From the NCBI RefSeq assembly GCF_001194135.2, contig NC_068983.1, positions 99,594,932-99,658,931 on the forward strand: a DNA stretch of 64,000 nucleotides, read 5' to 3'. The DNA is from Octopus bimaculoides (lineage: Eukaryota). The translations under genes were made by a program, and so were the position numbers. Shown piece by piece: positions 10,696 through 24,879 of the stretch (position 1 is the stretch's first letter; each line of letters starts with the position of its first letter). The notes under the pieces were generated by a model that saw only the letters and a program-made list of their open reading frames with translations, searched no databases and had not been told where the DNA came from.

Positions 10696-13440
10696 TATAA
10701 AATATTGAGAACAAAGAATAGTAACTGAGATCTCAAAGCAACGATAGCAGGCAACATTAATATCATGCTAAAAAAAATTCTTCTGACTCTCAAATCCGTT
10801 AAATTCACTTTAACACAGATATTAATATAAATCAAAACTTTAATAGATCATATTGTATTTCAATTTGGATTAACTAAGAAAAATTGTAAATCAAACATTT
10901 GCATATAGATTAAACCATTTTTTAACAGCTTGATCATCTTGTTACAAACTGCTCTACTGCATTAGCTTGGAAAACTAATCCAAGAAATGTGCTGTACTTA
11001 CAAGATAGAAAATATGTGACTAGGTTTGAATTTTGCAATCAAGATTGTAACTTATAACCATTGTGTCCTCTTTTATTATTACATACCAGTACTTTTAAGA
11101 CTGATTTAACTATTAACTTATTTTCTATGTCAGTCAGTAGTTAACCCACACTACAAAATATGGAGTGCATAGACCAATCAAATATGATTGAATCCATAAT
11201 TAGGACAACCACTAATTTCTTTTCATCTTATGATTTTAAAAAAACTTCCTAAATATTGAAACCATACTATAGGAAAACACTAATATCAACAAGCATACTC
11301 ACAGAGAGAATACAGTAATGCGTACATATACATACACACACAAAGATTTATGTTGCCTCCATGGTAGAGTGAACTACTGTTGCTTAGGTAATGATGTTGC
11401 TGTTACTTGTTTTGGGTTTCCTTTACATTTGAATATCTCCGTTGTAGATAGACTTAGAGATCAAATGCAAGGAATATTAAAATTGTGAGAGTGGAACAAG
11501 ATACTAGATTATGACGAAAAAAATGGACATGGCAGAGAAAGTCCATGAAAAAGCAGGTGTGTAATCTGTTGTAAGCTATCCTAAGAACTAGCTGTTTATA
11601 TTGTCAGAAAAATTGGTCATCTATATAGCCATAGACTCCAGACAACCAACTGATGAATAAAGTTCATTAAAATACAAGTATTTGTGAAAATAGGAAACAC
11701 TCATTAAAAACATATAAAATATTTGCAGAAATTAAATGCTGTAATTAAATTCATTAATTAAAATGTAATAAATGTAATTTATTTTAAAATATTTTCTAAT
11801 CAGTTGGCATATTATATCATATCACCAGCATTATAATAACCACTGTCAATATGTAAAGAAGTACCCAACCTATATTAATGAGCAAATTAAAAAAGATATT
11901 AGACTTATGAAAAGGCTAGTATGACGATAGTGATAATTACATCAACAAACACTAACAAAAGGAAAACAAAAATCTAGTTGCTGAACATATTTGATGTAAT
12001 ATAAATTAAATTCCAAATAGAATAAAATTCTCTTTCATGAAATTTAATAATTATATTCAACTTAAATATTTCTATTCTATTCAAACTATTGTTTAAATTC
12101 TAAACAAGAAGACATTTACAAAAATATATATTCAGTCATATTAGTTTCTGATAAAAATGAAAGAGTAACAAAAAAAATATCAGAATAAAATGCAAAGCGG
12201 CATAAATTATATTTAATCACAGCAAGATGTATAAAAGACAACAATAAAATAATTGTGTACAAACTGAATAAATCAAACTTTACCATTGTTTGAGTACGGC
12301 TAACATTAAAACAAACAGAAATTGAATCTGTAAACAGTTAAACATAATTAGAGTTTTTGCAGTTCTTCAATACCAAACATAAACATTGAATTGTTTTTAC
12401 AGCAACGTTTCTATTGATATTAAACATATAAGCACCAATTATAGATGGAAAAGAACAACAGGATTACAGCCTGTCTGTTGCTCTTTTGTCTCAAATTGGT
12501 TCTTATAAGATCTGATATCATTTACATTCAATTGCTTAACAGTTACTTCATAAAGTTTCTATCATTCTTGAAATTTCCTAAGAATAAAAAGGAAAAACAA
12601 TAACCTGAATTTTAACTCAAATATGTATGTCACTTTCCTCTGATACTTTTTAAATTAAATGTAAAATGTGAAACAACTGAGGTAAGTAACTAGTTTTTAT
12701 AACGATAGTTAAAACAATTCCAGAACCAAGTAATGGCAAACCATCAGATATTTTGGATTAAAGAACTGACAGGAAAAAATACAGGTAAAAATGTATACAG
12801 AAATTACACAAACATACATGTGTGTATGTGTATACACAAAATACTACAAAGATTTTAAATATAAATTATACATAAGATGTTTATGAAAACACTTTAAGAC
12901 AAGAACAAGAACAGACCCCACTGTCCCAGGGGCCGAAGCATGTATGTGGCATATGTTGGGAGACCTTCTTACCAATTACACTAAGAGAATTCTGTCAATT
13001 CTCACTGTTGAATTAACGTCAATAATCTTCTTTGTGGAATAAGCAAACAGCACTATCATATCTCTAACATATAAAGGGTATCTGATGCAACTCTCATACA
13101 TGGGATACTTTTCTCACTATTTTTTTCATTATTTTATCTTAGACTGTGCTGATAAACATCCTATTCTTTTTCACTTTACTTGATTCAATAATTGGACTCT
13201 GGCCATGCTGGGGTACTGCTTTGATGGGTTTTGTCAATCAAAGCCAGATATTTATTTGTATAAACAAACAGACACTGGTTGCAAAGCAGTGACAAACAAA
13301 CATCCATGCAGGTTGTATATATTCCACCACTGTATGTTTGTATGTATGTTTGTATGTATATATATATATATNNNNNNNNNNNNNNNNNNNNNNNNNNNNN
13401 ACGTGTGTGTGTGTGTGTGTATGTATGTTTGTATGTATAT

Positions 13441-13562
13441 ATTGGGCATCCAGCTGTATAAACTTTGCCAGATAAGATTGGAGCCTGGTGCAGCCTTCTG
13501 GCTCGCCATCCCTCAGTCAAACTGTCCAAAACATGCCAGCATGGAAAGCAGACGTTAAACAA
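13441..13562 (+). mobile_element. RTE-family 3' tail fragment
   Basis: GGGCATCCAGCTGT...CCAAAACATGCCAGCATGGAAAGCAGACGTTAAAC, as in the 1-219 copy. Confidence 0.7.
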
Positions 13563-13567
13563 CGGCG

Positions 13568-13608
<41 letters not shown>

Positions 13609-14542
13609 ATATAAATAACAGGCTTCTGCAAAGCTGTCATCTATCAAATTTACATTGACAGTAGGGCAAACGTCTTCACAATAACAGCCATTTCATCTGA
13701 TTACTATTCATGTTCTTGGAATTTGCTCCAGTCCTGAACATTGAATTTCAGTGTGATATGGGATGAAGTTGTACTGCTTATACCAGTATAACTATTTATA
13801 GGTGCTAATATGACACAATATGCAAACTTCTTTGATGTAATCAGTAATGTAGTAGCCCAACAAGCAACAAATAAAAGATTTGACTCCTGTAAAGAAATCT
13901 GCTCTCTTCTTTTCTCTACCTAAAGGTGCTATGTCTTATCTCTCTTTCATATATATATATATATATATACATGCACACATGCACACACACACATGTATTT
14001 GTATACTAATCCATGGAGCAACATAGGAACAGGAATTACATAATCAATTCCATTAGCTTACAGTGCTTGCGCATCACCTTATAATAGAAACAACTGTAAG
14101 CTAATGAAGTTGATTATGTAATTTCTGTTTCCTTGTGCATGAAATGCATGAACATGAAATGGAAGGAAATTGTTTTAACTGTCCAGTTTGAGCATAAAAA
14201 TGGACCATTTTACTGAACTTTATCATTTCAAATCTGAAAATTAACCTTTCACAAAGAAAGAAAAGAACACAATTCTACAAAAAGCAAAATAAAAGTGGTT
14301 AGAAAGGACATTGTCAAAATTAAAATATTGATCTGGTTATTATTTACATTATATGTATTTTAGTTATTCAATTAAAAAAGGGGAAATACATTTAACAAAA
14401 CTATGTATTCTAGAAGTTAAAACCTATAAATATTCAAATTATACATATAAATAACACTACCATCAGCACACATTTAAAAATACAAATACATTAGAAACCC
14501 TGACAACAAGTATGTGTATGTGTGTGTGCATATATATATATA

Positions 14543-15019
14543 CAGGGTGGCCCAGAAGTAGCTGAACCCTATTGAATTTATTAAATATTGCTAATTGCTC
14601 TTCCTTTTTTCTTTGATAGCATAGTGATGGCTGAATCATATCTAAATATTGTTAAATGAAAAGATGTGGCCTATAGCGTCTCAACATGAAGCTTATGCTG
14701 ATTTGTACTTTCAGCAGGATGGTGCCCCTGCTCATTATGGTCTGCCTGTTCGAAACTGGCTTGATGGACCTTTTCCGGGCAGATGGATAGGCCACTATAG
14801 ACCTGTGAAATGGCCTGCAAGGTTCCCAGATATCAGCCCTCTGGATTTCTTTCACTGGGAAGTACTCAAAAAATCAGGTGCTCAGATGTCATTCTGTATT
14901 GCAAATAATGGTTTACATTTTGAACATTTGCTGTAACCTTGTGTAATAAAAATTTCTGTTCTATTTATTTGTAACCTTCAGCAATAGTTACGGCAAATTT
15001 ACTCCTGGGCCACCCTCTG
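14543..15019 (+). mobile_element. Internally deleted Tc1/mariner-superfamily element
   Basis: TA|CAGGGTGGCCCAGAAGTA ... TACTCCTGGGCCACCCTCTG termini. Internal peptide FQQDGAPAHY..VRNWLD..FPGRWIG..WPARFPDISPLDFFHW is a DDE fragment. Confidence 0.85.
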
Positions 15020-15653
15020 TGTGTNNNNNNNNNNNNNNNNNNNNNNNNNNNNNNNNNNNNNNNNNNNNNNNNNNNNNNNNNNNNNNNNNNNNNNNNNNNN
15101 NNNNNNNNNNNNNNNNNNNNNNNNNNNNNNNNNNNNNNNNNNNNNNNNNNNNNNNNNNNNNNNNNNNNNNNNNNNNNNNNNNNNNNNNNNNNNNNNNNNN
15201 NNNNNNNTTTTTTTATGTTATAACAAAAACACAAATCTTCACTACAGCTACCCAGGGTTTCCTGATTGAAATAATAATTTATTTTACCATTTTTCAAGCT
15301 AAGAACAAGACACATTCACACACACAAGACAGCTAAACTTATCAAGAGTGAAGTCAAACATACAAAATGAGTTAAACATAAATATCAAAACCTTGTAAAT
15401 TACATAACTAGGTAGATACTATTACATGAATTAAGATAAATTTCACCTTTTGGCATCAGCTTTGGATTCCCTTATACCTCATTCATAACAATAAGATCTA
15501 TTATTTCCTATCCAGGATTTTTTAAAATTATAGTTAGGCTTTACAGGCTATAAATTAAAGATTTGTTTTTAAATGTCAGGCTATAAAAGCATTGCAATTA
15601 ATAGATAATTTTCTTGGCTGATCAGAGAGATCAATGACAATTATTTTTTAGTA

Positions 15654-16432
15654 TCAGGTTGGTGTGAAAATAATTGAGGTTTCTGTTACTTAAAATTTTG
15701 ATTTATGTTTTGCAATAAACTTTTGTTATATACTATTTTGAATCCTAGATTTCAGTGTATTTATGTTAATTTATGTTCCATTTTCATTGACTATGTTTGT
15801 TAAATTAAAGTAGGAAGAAAAGCTAATTGTTGAAGACCTTTTGAAGGAAGATACTGAGATGCTTGAAAAAGTGGCTATCATTTGGAGTGAGATCAAGGAA
15901 TTAAGCTGGATTTTACTGCTTGAGTTCAGAATGGAATGCAAAGAAATGGAAACTGCTTGCAATATCAACCAAACATTTGGCTAGGGGACTGTCAACAAAT
16001 GCATACTTCAACACTGATTCCAATATTTCGCAGATGAGACCCTTGAAAATGAGGAAGATTGCCATAATCTGTGACTACAGACCACACCTGACCACATGTT
16101 TCAGAAACAGCTCTGCAGAAACTGAATGAAATGGCCTATGAAATCCTGACTTATCCAACTTAATTCCCTGGTCTTGCTTCAAGTGATGACCATTTTTTCA
16201 AGCATCTCAGTATTTTCCTGCAACAGAAAAGTCTTTAACAACCAAACAGCTGCCCAAAATATTTAGAAGAATTCAATGGCTTCAGGACTCCAGAATTTTA
16301 TAATAGATTTGCTTTTTGTTGGAAAATTTTGTAGACTCTAATGGTTAATATCCTGATAAATAACACTGATTTTAAGCTGAGATATATTGTTTTAAATAGT
16401 TAAAAAATACACATATTTTTGCACCAACCTGA
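15654..16432 (+). mobile_element. Internally deleted Hsmar1/cecropia-type mariner
   Basis: TA|TCAGGTTGGTGTGAAAATAATTG ... TTTTTGCACCAACCTGA|TA termini. Degenerate transposase N-terminus (ETACNINQTFG) and PDLSPT-like segment. Confidence 0.8.
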
Positions 16433-17993
16433 TATATATCTTTATAATTATGGCATTCCAACTATCTTTCCATATTAGTTGAGTAATGTAACTTAATTGT
16501 GGGACTTTCACAGCATTTTCTAAGCTCAATGTAGACAACTTGAATTGATTTAATACCACTCTGGAATATAAGTTATGTTCTGCTTATACTAACTGCTAAT
16601 AATCTTTAAGAAAGAAGCCAGTATGTCCACCTTGTATTTAGTTACATGTAAACAAGATATACACCAACAGAATAACAATAGCTATTTCTTTTGGTACAGA
16701 GCTGTTTAGTAAGCAAAAAGGAAACATAGTCGATTGACATTAAGGTAACTTCATGCCAAAATCAGAGTGAATATGCTGAGATGTAATGGCTTACAATTTT
16801 TACAATAAAACTTAACATTAAGTTAGTTTCAAGCACTGCAACCTAACAGTAAGTATGAAATAGTAAAATAATTATGATTAGACTAGGTAAGAAAATAAGT
16901 GTAGAAATAAGATGAAAAGAGAAAATAAAACACACAGAGAGGAAATGAGAAAGAAGAGATCAATGGCATACTACAATTCTCTAGATGTGATAAAACTGAA
17001 TGCATGAATCATGCAGATGAGGAAGGTATTTTTTAAATAGTATTGAACTGTAAAGAGAATTCTTTATTAGAAAAATAAAGTTTCAGATAAAAGACAATCT
17101 TAGAAGAAATTCAACTAAAATAGAGACCAAAAGGTATATTCATATATTTATATAAAGAAGTTAGTAAATATGTTTTGTACATGTATAATTTGAAATGTAG
17201 CATATATCTTTTCAATAAACATACAAATATAGATTTGCTGTGAAAAGTAAACAAAGTGGAACTGATCTAGTTAGTTTTTTTGGTTTTCTTATGCTGCCCC
17301 TAGAGAAAGAATATCTATCTTTGTTCAAAAGAAACTAATAACTTACAGCTATTTATAGTGCAAAAAAGTAAGACTTGTCAGATTGTTCTCATTTTTTCTG
17401 CCCACAGAGAGGTAAAACTTATGGTTTAGCCATTTAATTTACTTTTCAGTGATGTTAAAATTGTGTTTATTAAAAAGGTATATTTTACGTTTAAAATTAT
17501 ACCCATCCCTCAAAAGAAACAACAAAAAACAGTGTAGTACTTTAGGAGTGAATGAATTAATCTACCCTGTCAGCACAGACACTGTTATGCAAATTAAACA
17601 GGTAAGTTTAATAGAAACCTAGATTGTCTACACTATAAATGGTTATTAAGTTACTAATCTCCTCACAAATGCATATTCTTTTTCTGCGGAAGGGCTAAAA
17701 AGACTAAAAACTAGTTAGATCACTCTTATTTTTCTACCCACAAAGAGATAAAGCTAGTGGTGTAACCACTAGTTTACTTTTCACAGCAAAGCTATAACTG
17801 CATGTTTATCAAAAAAGATATAGCTTACATTTACAATTATCCACCCCCAGCACTGCCACAAAAAGAAAAAAATGCTACATAGTGCACTATGAATTAATTG
17901 GTTATATGTGTGTCTGGAATGAAGGAGTGTTTTAAATAAGATAAACAGGTTGAAGTTGTAATTATACAGTCAAAAGCATATGGTTGATTAGGC

Positions 17994-18044
<51 letters not shown>

Positions 18045-18208
18045 CAGTGAAAATAAATATTTTAAAACCAACATTAAATACTACTCAGAAAGTATTTAAT
18101 TTAAAATCAGCATTTCTGATCATCATGAAATACAGAAAAGAATATATGGCTGGCTGTTCAACAAACATGTGACCCTTTGCATTTTGGGCATCTGAAAGTT
18201 TGGTTTAA

Positions 18209-18431
18209 CTCTTTAGCATTTAAACTGACCATATCTGGACCAAATATTCTACCTGTTTTGTGTTCAAACTGATCAGATCTGGCCTCTCATACCTATCCTA
18301 CAACATCATTCTAAAATAAATAAACAGCCACATCATTGGAATCTTGAAGCAACAAGACAATGTTTGATTAATTCAAAACAATGTGAATAAATAAGCATTA
18401 CATTTGACAGAGTAATCTGAATGCTTAAGGG
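18209..18431. mobile_element. piggyBac-like MITE, copy 2
   Basis: TTAA|CTCTTTAGCATT ... AATGCTTAAGGG. Internal match to 1756-1975. Confidence 0.65.
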
Positions 18432-19173
18432 TTTGTTAAAAAAAACTCATAATCTTTGGTTAAAAAAGCCTAATATTGAATTTAGAATATTTCCAGTATT
18501 CTTTTACTAGCTACAGCCATTTGGCTCTGGTTATGCTGCATTTTTTTTTACCTAATTAACCATATGGCATATTATTACAACCTTAATTAATTAACATATA
18601 TTTTAAATAGAAAGATTAGTCTTTTTGTTTGCTTTATTTTTCTTTTGGTTGATATAGGAAGAATCTTCCTGAATATTCAATGTTGATATCTAGTTATTCC
18701 AAACAAATAATGCAAAATTAAATGGAATAATACCTTTTGTTGTATTATGCTTTTCAAAATCACAATTAGAATAATTATAAATTGTGTACTAGAGAAATAA
18801 CAAATAATGGTTGTTAATTAGGATGACAAATCCAAACATATTAACATATAGAAACCAACAATTAATTAAAGCACACCACTGTTTTTCAGACAACTTAACC
18901 AGAATATCATAGAATTTAAAATAGAATGATTTGATAATTAGTGTATATATATATATCATAATTTGATAAAAATATGGAATTCAGAACTTCAATATTTCAC
19001 TTGGAATCAATAGAAAGTGAAGGAATAAATATTAATTTCTCAGAGAAAAAAAGGAAATGGGCCTGTATGCATACATGCACAAACACACATTAATCAATAT
19101 ATGTTATTATATCAGCACTTTCTCCTATATCAATACATGTCATTATATCAGCACTTTTTCCTATATCAATATA

Positions 19174-19384
19174 CAGGGTGCGGCAGAAATACCTCCCACA
19201 TTTGAAAGATTGACAAAAGGAAAAAGAAACAACAGTTATGGAAAACTAATTTTACTGTTGTTTAAACAAAGGGTTACAGTTTTTGTTCATTAGCTAAATG
19301 AAAACATCATCAGCACTTGCATAAGTTCATTAGCAACACATAGGTGAAAGTTTAAAATGTGGGAGGTATTTCTGCTGCACCTTG
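19174..19384. mobile_element. Tc1/mariner-type MITE (211 bp, 30-bp TIRs)
   Basis: TA|CAGGGTGCGGCAGAAATACCTCCCACATTT ... AAATGTGGGAGGTATTTCTGCTGCACCTTG (2 mismatches). Confidence 0.85.
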
Positions 19385-22134
19385 GATGTCATTATATCAA
19401 CACTTTTCCCTAGTTCTATATAAAATCTGTTTCAGCTTGATTTTATCATTATTATCATGGGGTGGATGCAATTGACTAACATTCTCTCCTCGAATTACTG
19501 GCCTTGTACCTAAATTAGAAGCAATCATTATTATTATTTGATGAAGATTCACAGCTTATTTTGCTGGGTATGATGGAAAGTGTCAGCTGTCCACAGCCAG
19601 CAGACCAAGGTGACACTTGTTTATTGGTCATGCTTCAAGAACCCTGCAAAGAATTCTTGCATTTCCAAGCAATGCTGATTTTTGTAGATGTTCTACCTTT
19701 ACATTTGTACCAACCTTTTTGAGCTATGTTGGTAGTTGAGTGCTGATACTTCCAAGTGCACTAATTACTATTGGTATCACATCTACTTTCCTCATTGACC
19801 ACAACCTTCATATTTCCCACTTCAAATCATCGTAGTTGTTCAGTTTTTCTTCTTTCTCTTTGATCCTGTTGTCACCAGGATATGCTATGTTGATTATCAT
19901 GCATGTTCTTTCTATTTTCTTTTATTAGTATTATTATTTAAGTAGATTTTCTAGGAAAAAAAACGGTTTGTGGGTAAATAATGTTTTTTTTTAATGGTTT
20001 CTTGCTATGATACAAGAATCTTTTGGAAAGGTAAGAAGGGATTAGATTAATCACGCATTTTGTTAACACTGGCAATCTGAAAGATAAAATGTCAACTCAA
20101 TAAACCTGTAATGGCCAAACTTTTTAATGAATTGCAAAACAACTCATATGGAGAAAATTCAAAACAAAGAAGTCAATTTCAAACAAATTAGTAAAGGTAA
20201 TTAATGGGTAATTGGATTGATTACCAAGAATAAAATTTGGGCAAAAGGCAGGCAATGAGCATAAGTTAGTTGAATTAAGCAATATCTAATTAAACAGAAT
20301 TCAGTATTTAATAACTGAATTGCAAGCATTGAATTTTAGTAAAATGTGAGGGCAAATGCCCAAGGTATTTTAGCTCAGAAATGGTGAACTTACTAATCTT
20401 ATGTAATTTTACACAATGTCAATATTTTTTTCATAATATATGTACAAGGCTCAATAGTTAAATAGTATAACATAATTACAGCATAGAGAATATAAATAGT
20501 TTTAGATTTAATCAAACAACTTAAAAATAAAACTCACCTTAAACAGACATAGGGGGAGAAAGAGGTAAACAAAGAATAGAGGTAGAAAAGAAACAGAGGG
20601 AGGATAAACATCAAATAATTGAACCTAAAAAGCAAAATCTTTACTTATTCCTTCTGGAGTCATCAGGTACAAATGTATCTCTCTCTCTCTCTCCCCCGCC
20701 CTCCCTTTGTGCTGCAATCAAGCCAGTTGCAAGAAAAAGGGTAGATTCAGAACACAATTTGAGGTTTTAAAGCAATGGAAATAATTTACAATGAAAATGA
20801 CTTACTCCCAGTCATGTCACTTGCTATGCAAGTACATCTCCGTAATTTTGATTTTAATTTTTGTCTAACATCCTTCAATAATCCCGTATTTATATTAAAT
20901 TGTGAGAAAAATAAAACTAGCTGAAAACTTTCTAATTTCACAGATGGAGCTAGAGCTGCTGAGGTACAAGAAAACAAACCATTAGCAAGTAGATGTCCTC
21001 AAAAAACCTCAACCTTAACCCACGTATGTTACATGAAGAAAATACTTTCTTATTTGAGTCAGACTAATTATCTCCAAAGACAGTCGTTGACAATTACTTG
21101 AGAGTACTGACTTCATCAAATGATTCTAATCCCATTGTTACCATATTTCTGTTGAAATACATTGCCTTTGTTTAAATTAATATTGAAATTAAATAAGAAT
21201 TTAGTAGACATGACTTTTACATCATAATTCTATGGTTAAATTGCATCACATGTAGCTTTCTGGAACATTTCATTATCATTCATTTTACATCCACTGTCCA
21301 AGCTGTCATGGGCTGGAAAAGGCCTACTCATAAGTCAAAGGATCCACATCTTATTCACAGTCAATATTGTTCCTACAACCATTAATATACACAAATTATT
21401 TAACCCTAACAACCATTTCAAAATGGCACATAAACATATAAAATAGTTAAGTCTTAAGTTGCTACAAGTTTTGTACAAAGATTTTTTATCTGTAAAAATG
21501 ACAATAATCGATCTAGAATTTATTACTTGAGAAACTGAGAAATAAATGTCATAAACTGACTGTGGCATCAAATTTTACAATGAACTGGATTTTACAAATA
21601 AGTCTTATCCCTAAGAGTTAACAAGAAAGTGTCTATATATATACAGTCACTCAACCTGTTAGAAATAGTAGCCAAAGCTTCTTTAAATTACACCCAGCTA
21701 TATTTAAAATAGAAGGATATACTGGATAGCACAGTCTTAAATACAATACATCTTTAATAAGAAAAAATACTCGTGGTTTGAATACCTTTTCAGCATAGAA
21801 CTATTTGATAAGTGATAATCTGGAACTAAAGGACCTTAACTCACAACAAATTATAGATGAACTGTAGAGGAGAAGTCTAAGTGGAAAGTCTGAATATGAT
21901 CAGCAAATAAAGCACAAAGAACAAAAAGAAGCAAAGGAAAACTTTCTTGCAGCAAACATTTAACAGTGAATGATTGCATGTCATGTACATATCAAGCAAA
22001 TTCTTCCATCGCAACTAGAAACATATGCTGCATATAGGTCTAGAGCTGGCTGCATTAACTAGTCAGCATTCCAAACAAGGCCTTCACATCAGTATTAAAA
22101 GGCATGCTGTTAGAAGTATTTTATTCTGTAATTC

Positions 22135-22352
22135 TGTTGACTTGTTTCAGTCATTAGACTGTGGCCATGCCTTAAAGGGTTTTAGTTGAACAAATTGACC
22201 CTAGCACTTATTCTTTGTAAGCCTAATACTTATTCTATTGGTCTCCTTTGTTGAACTGCTACGTTATGGGGATTTAAACACACCAACATCGGTTCTCAAG
22301 CAATGGGGGGGGAGCAAACAGACACAAACATATGCATAGATACATACATACA

Positions 22353-22384
<32 letters not shown>

Positions 22385-22640
22385 CACACAGCCATCTGGT
22401 TTCACCAGTCCTCAGTCAAATTGTCCAACCCATGCTAGCATGAAAACCGGACATTAAACGACGACGAACGACGAACGAACACACAACAATCTTCTTTCGG
22501 TTTCCATCTACCAAATCCACTCACAAGGCTTTGGTCAGCCCAAGGCTATAGTTAAAGACACTTGCCCAAGGTGCTACACAGTGGGACTGAACATGGAACC
22601 ATGTGGTTGAGAAGCAAGCTTCTTACTACACAGCCATGCC
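22135..22640 (-). mobile_element. tRNA-headed SINE (family B) with an RTE-tail fragment (22388-22480, +) nested in its internal microsatellite
   Basis: Head 22490-22640 and tail 22135-22330 match 26299-26690 in reverse. (CATA)n lies between them, with the RTE tail inserted. Confidence 0.75.
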
Positions 22641-23843
22641 TTTTGCAACTGCTCCCTGATTATTAGGATTGATGCAGTCAATGTCCAGCTTCAATTTCTC
22701 CTTAATAACTGAAGGGAAAATGTGAATAGACAAGGAGCTTCAGAGAGACAGTTCTGCAGATAAAAGTTTGGATAATAAGGGATTTTGATTGCAAAATAGG
22801 GTATGATGGAACAAAGGAAGGTAACTGAATCAAATAGATTTTAATGATGAGTTAGCATTGTGATGTGAGGTGTCATGTTTACATTTACTTTTTATGGATT
22901 AGTCAAAGTAGTAAGAGCAGTGTATGGATAATGTCATTGTACAAGAGATGATTCAAGAAAGAAGAATAGTAACTTGCACATGGCAGTGTTTTTGGTTGAA
23001 AGTAATTGAGAGTAAGTCAAAGAAGAGAGTATATAGAGGATATAACAAACTTAAGGCACACTAAAAGTAGTTGAAAATTGGTTAAGGAGGGAGAAATTCT
23101 TTAATATATGCTGTGATGGTAATGTCTGTCAGAAAATTTCCAATCTAACATATGAAATATGGGTGAAGCCCAAAGGCAGGAAACTTTGCCAGGAGGTTTT
23201 CATACTGGACATTTGTTGAAGTCAAATACAACATTGCTTTCAATGAAGTTCTCAAAAAAAAAAAAAAAGAGAGCATGTTTTTCTTTACAAGTTTCAGCTT
23301 GAGAGCTGCAGCCATGCTGGGGCACTGCCGTAATTTAAGTCACAAATAGATATAGCTCTGCAGAAAATGAACTGTTGTTCACAGCTTACATCTGGTTACA
23401 ATGTAAATTTTTTCCACCCTGTTAGTAGATCGGGCTGCAACATAAGCTGGTCAAACTTCTATGCAGAGAATATTTATAGCAGTATTTCATGATAACAATA
23501 GTTAATGCAAAAATGTTAATAGCCAATACAAGTGTAAAGTAATTGGAAATGCTACCCTACAAATATGTATTTTACACAAGCTACATTAGATAGGTTATTT
23601 TTAAATACAAGAAACTTGTTAGTAAGTTAGAGTTGTGAATAATAAACTATAGCTGTAAATCAGATAAAAATCTTTAAGACTAAAACTAAAACTTTCTATG
23701 CTGAACGTGAAAAAAAGAAGGAAACTTCCTCTCTCTGAAACTTTAAAGTAATAGACACGGATTAAGAGTTCACCATTTCTCAAGTTAGCAGTGGTAAAAC
23801 CATAGCAATAAAATTGATTTAAAATTAAAAACTTGGTACCTAC

Positions 23844-24064
23844 TTCCGATGAAAGGTACTTTTATATGATCTACAGCTGACACCACAGCAGGTAATTCAG
23901 GAATCATAAAAAATACTAGTGCATCAAACAAGCTGGAATGGGGAGCAATGCACACAATTGGTGCTTCTTTTGCTTGTGCACAGTGGCCTTTGACTTTCAC
24001 CCAGTGAAATCCCATCACAAAGAAGATGATCCGAGAGATTTTTAGGAGTACATAGTTCACGATC
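23844..24064 (-). CDS. LPCAT: LPCAT-like exon B2 (221 nt), alternative catalytic exon: (K)IVNYVLLKISRIIFFVMGFHWVKVKGHCAQAKEAPIVCIAPHSSLFDALVFFMIPELPAVVSAVDHIKVPFIG(K)
   Basis: ccttccttctcttattgcaatAG|G ATC GTG ... ATC GGA A|GTaggt. HSSLFD is an HxxxxD motif. Phase 2 in, phase 1 out, identical to B1. Confidence 0.9.
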
Positions 24065-24879
24065 CTATTGCAATAAGAGAAGGAAGGATAAAAACTAGTG
24101 CTTATAATAACATTAACTATGATTAACCAGTAGCTGCAATAAAACGTTCAATGTTGTTTATAGGAATGAAATGAAAAATGTATTTGATGCATATAAGAAA
24201 TCAGCATATTTATTAAATTTGTATACAAACATAATAAACGGAAAAACTTAATTACATTACATGAAAGAAAATTGTAAACTAAAAAATAAAAAAAATGAAA
24301 ACAGAATTAGTTTACAACTAGTAATGACCAAGCCTGAGACAGTCCACATTGACTCTCATTACTAATAGTAATGTAAAAATAATTCTTCAGAAAAACAAAA
24401 ATTATTAGTTCAAATTAAAGTTTCTGAATATGAATAATAAATCTATATCAAACAATCTAAGTCATTGTAAAATAGATGTTTTTATTATATATCTTCACCA
24501 GTATTCCTGACAAAAATCTGCTTTAAAAAATAATTTACCAACTTAGGTACTATTTTGGAGCTGTTCTTGCTCTTATTTTAAAGACTATGTTGAGGCTAAA
24601 AAGTGACAATATGGAAGAGCTATTTTAGCTATTTAAGAATACACAAAAATTGTTGTATTCACATTTTGCTTATTTCTGAACAATACAGTCTCTTATGAAG
24701 AAGAGTCAAAAAAATTTCTTTACACTCCAACAACCTGGTCATTGACTTAGATCTGTTTCATCTTATGAACTGAGATGATGCAATAGAATTTGTATCAGTG
24801 ACCAGAACACAAAAGTGGGATGAAATGATTTGACACTTTATTGTAGACTTTACTATCAATAATTTTAAAAAAGTGAATA

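Noticed and set aside
12900-12970. Short GC-richer patch in AT-rich intron (similar ones at about 20690 and 55790)
   Set aside because: No ORF, repeat match or recognisable structure. It cannot be supported without conservation data.
23785-23843. ORF-track read-through extensions of the exons (for example SRYQVFNF.. after B2, SMHLIY.. after B1, EVMKYY after C)
   Set aside because: They start at the GT donors and lose all similarity to LPCAT, so they are intronic.
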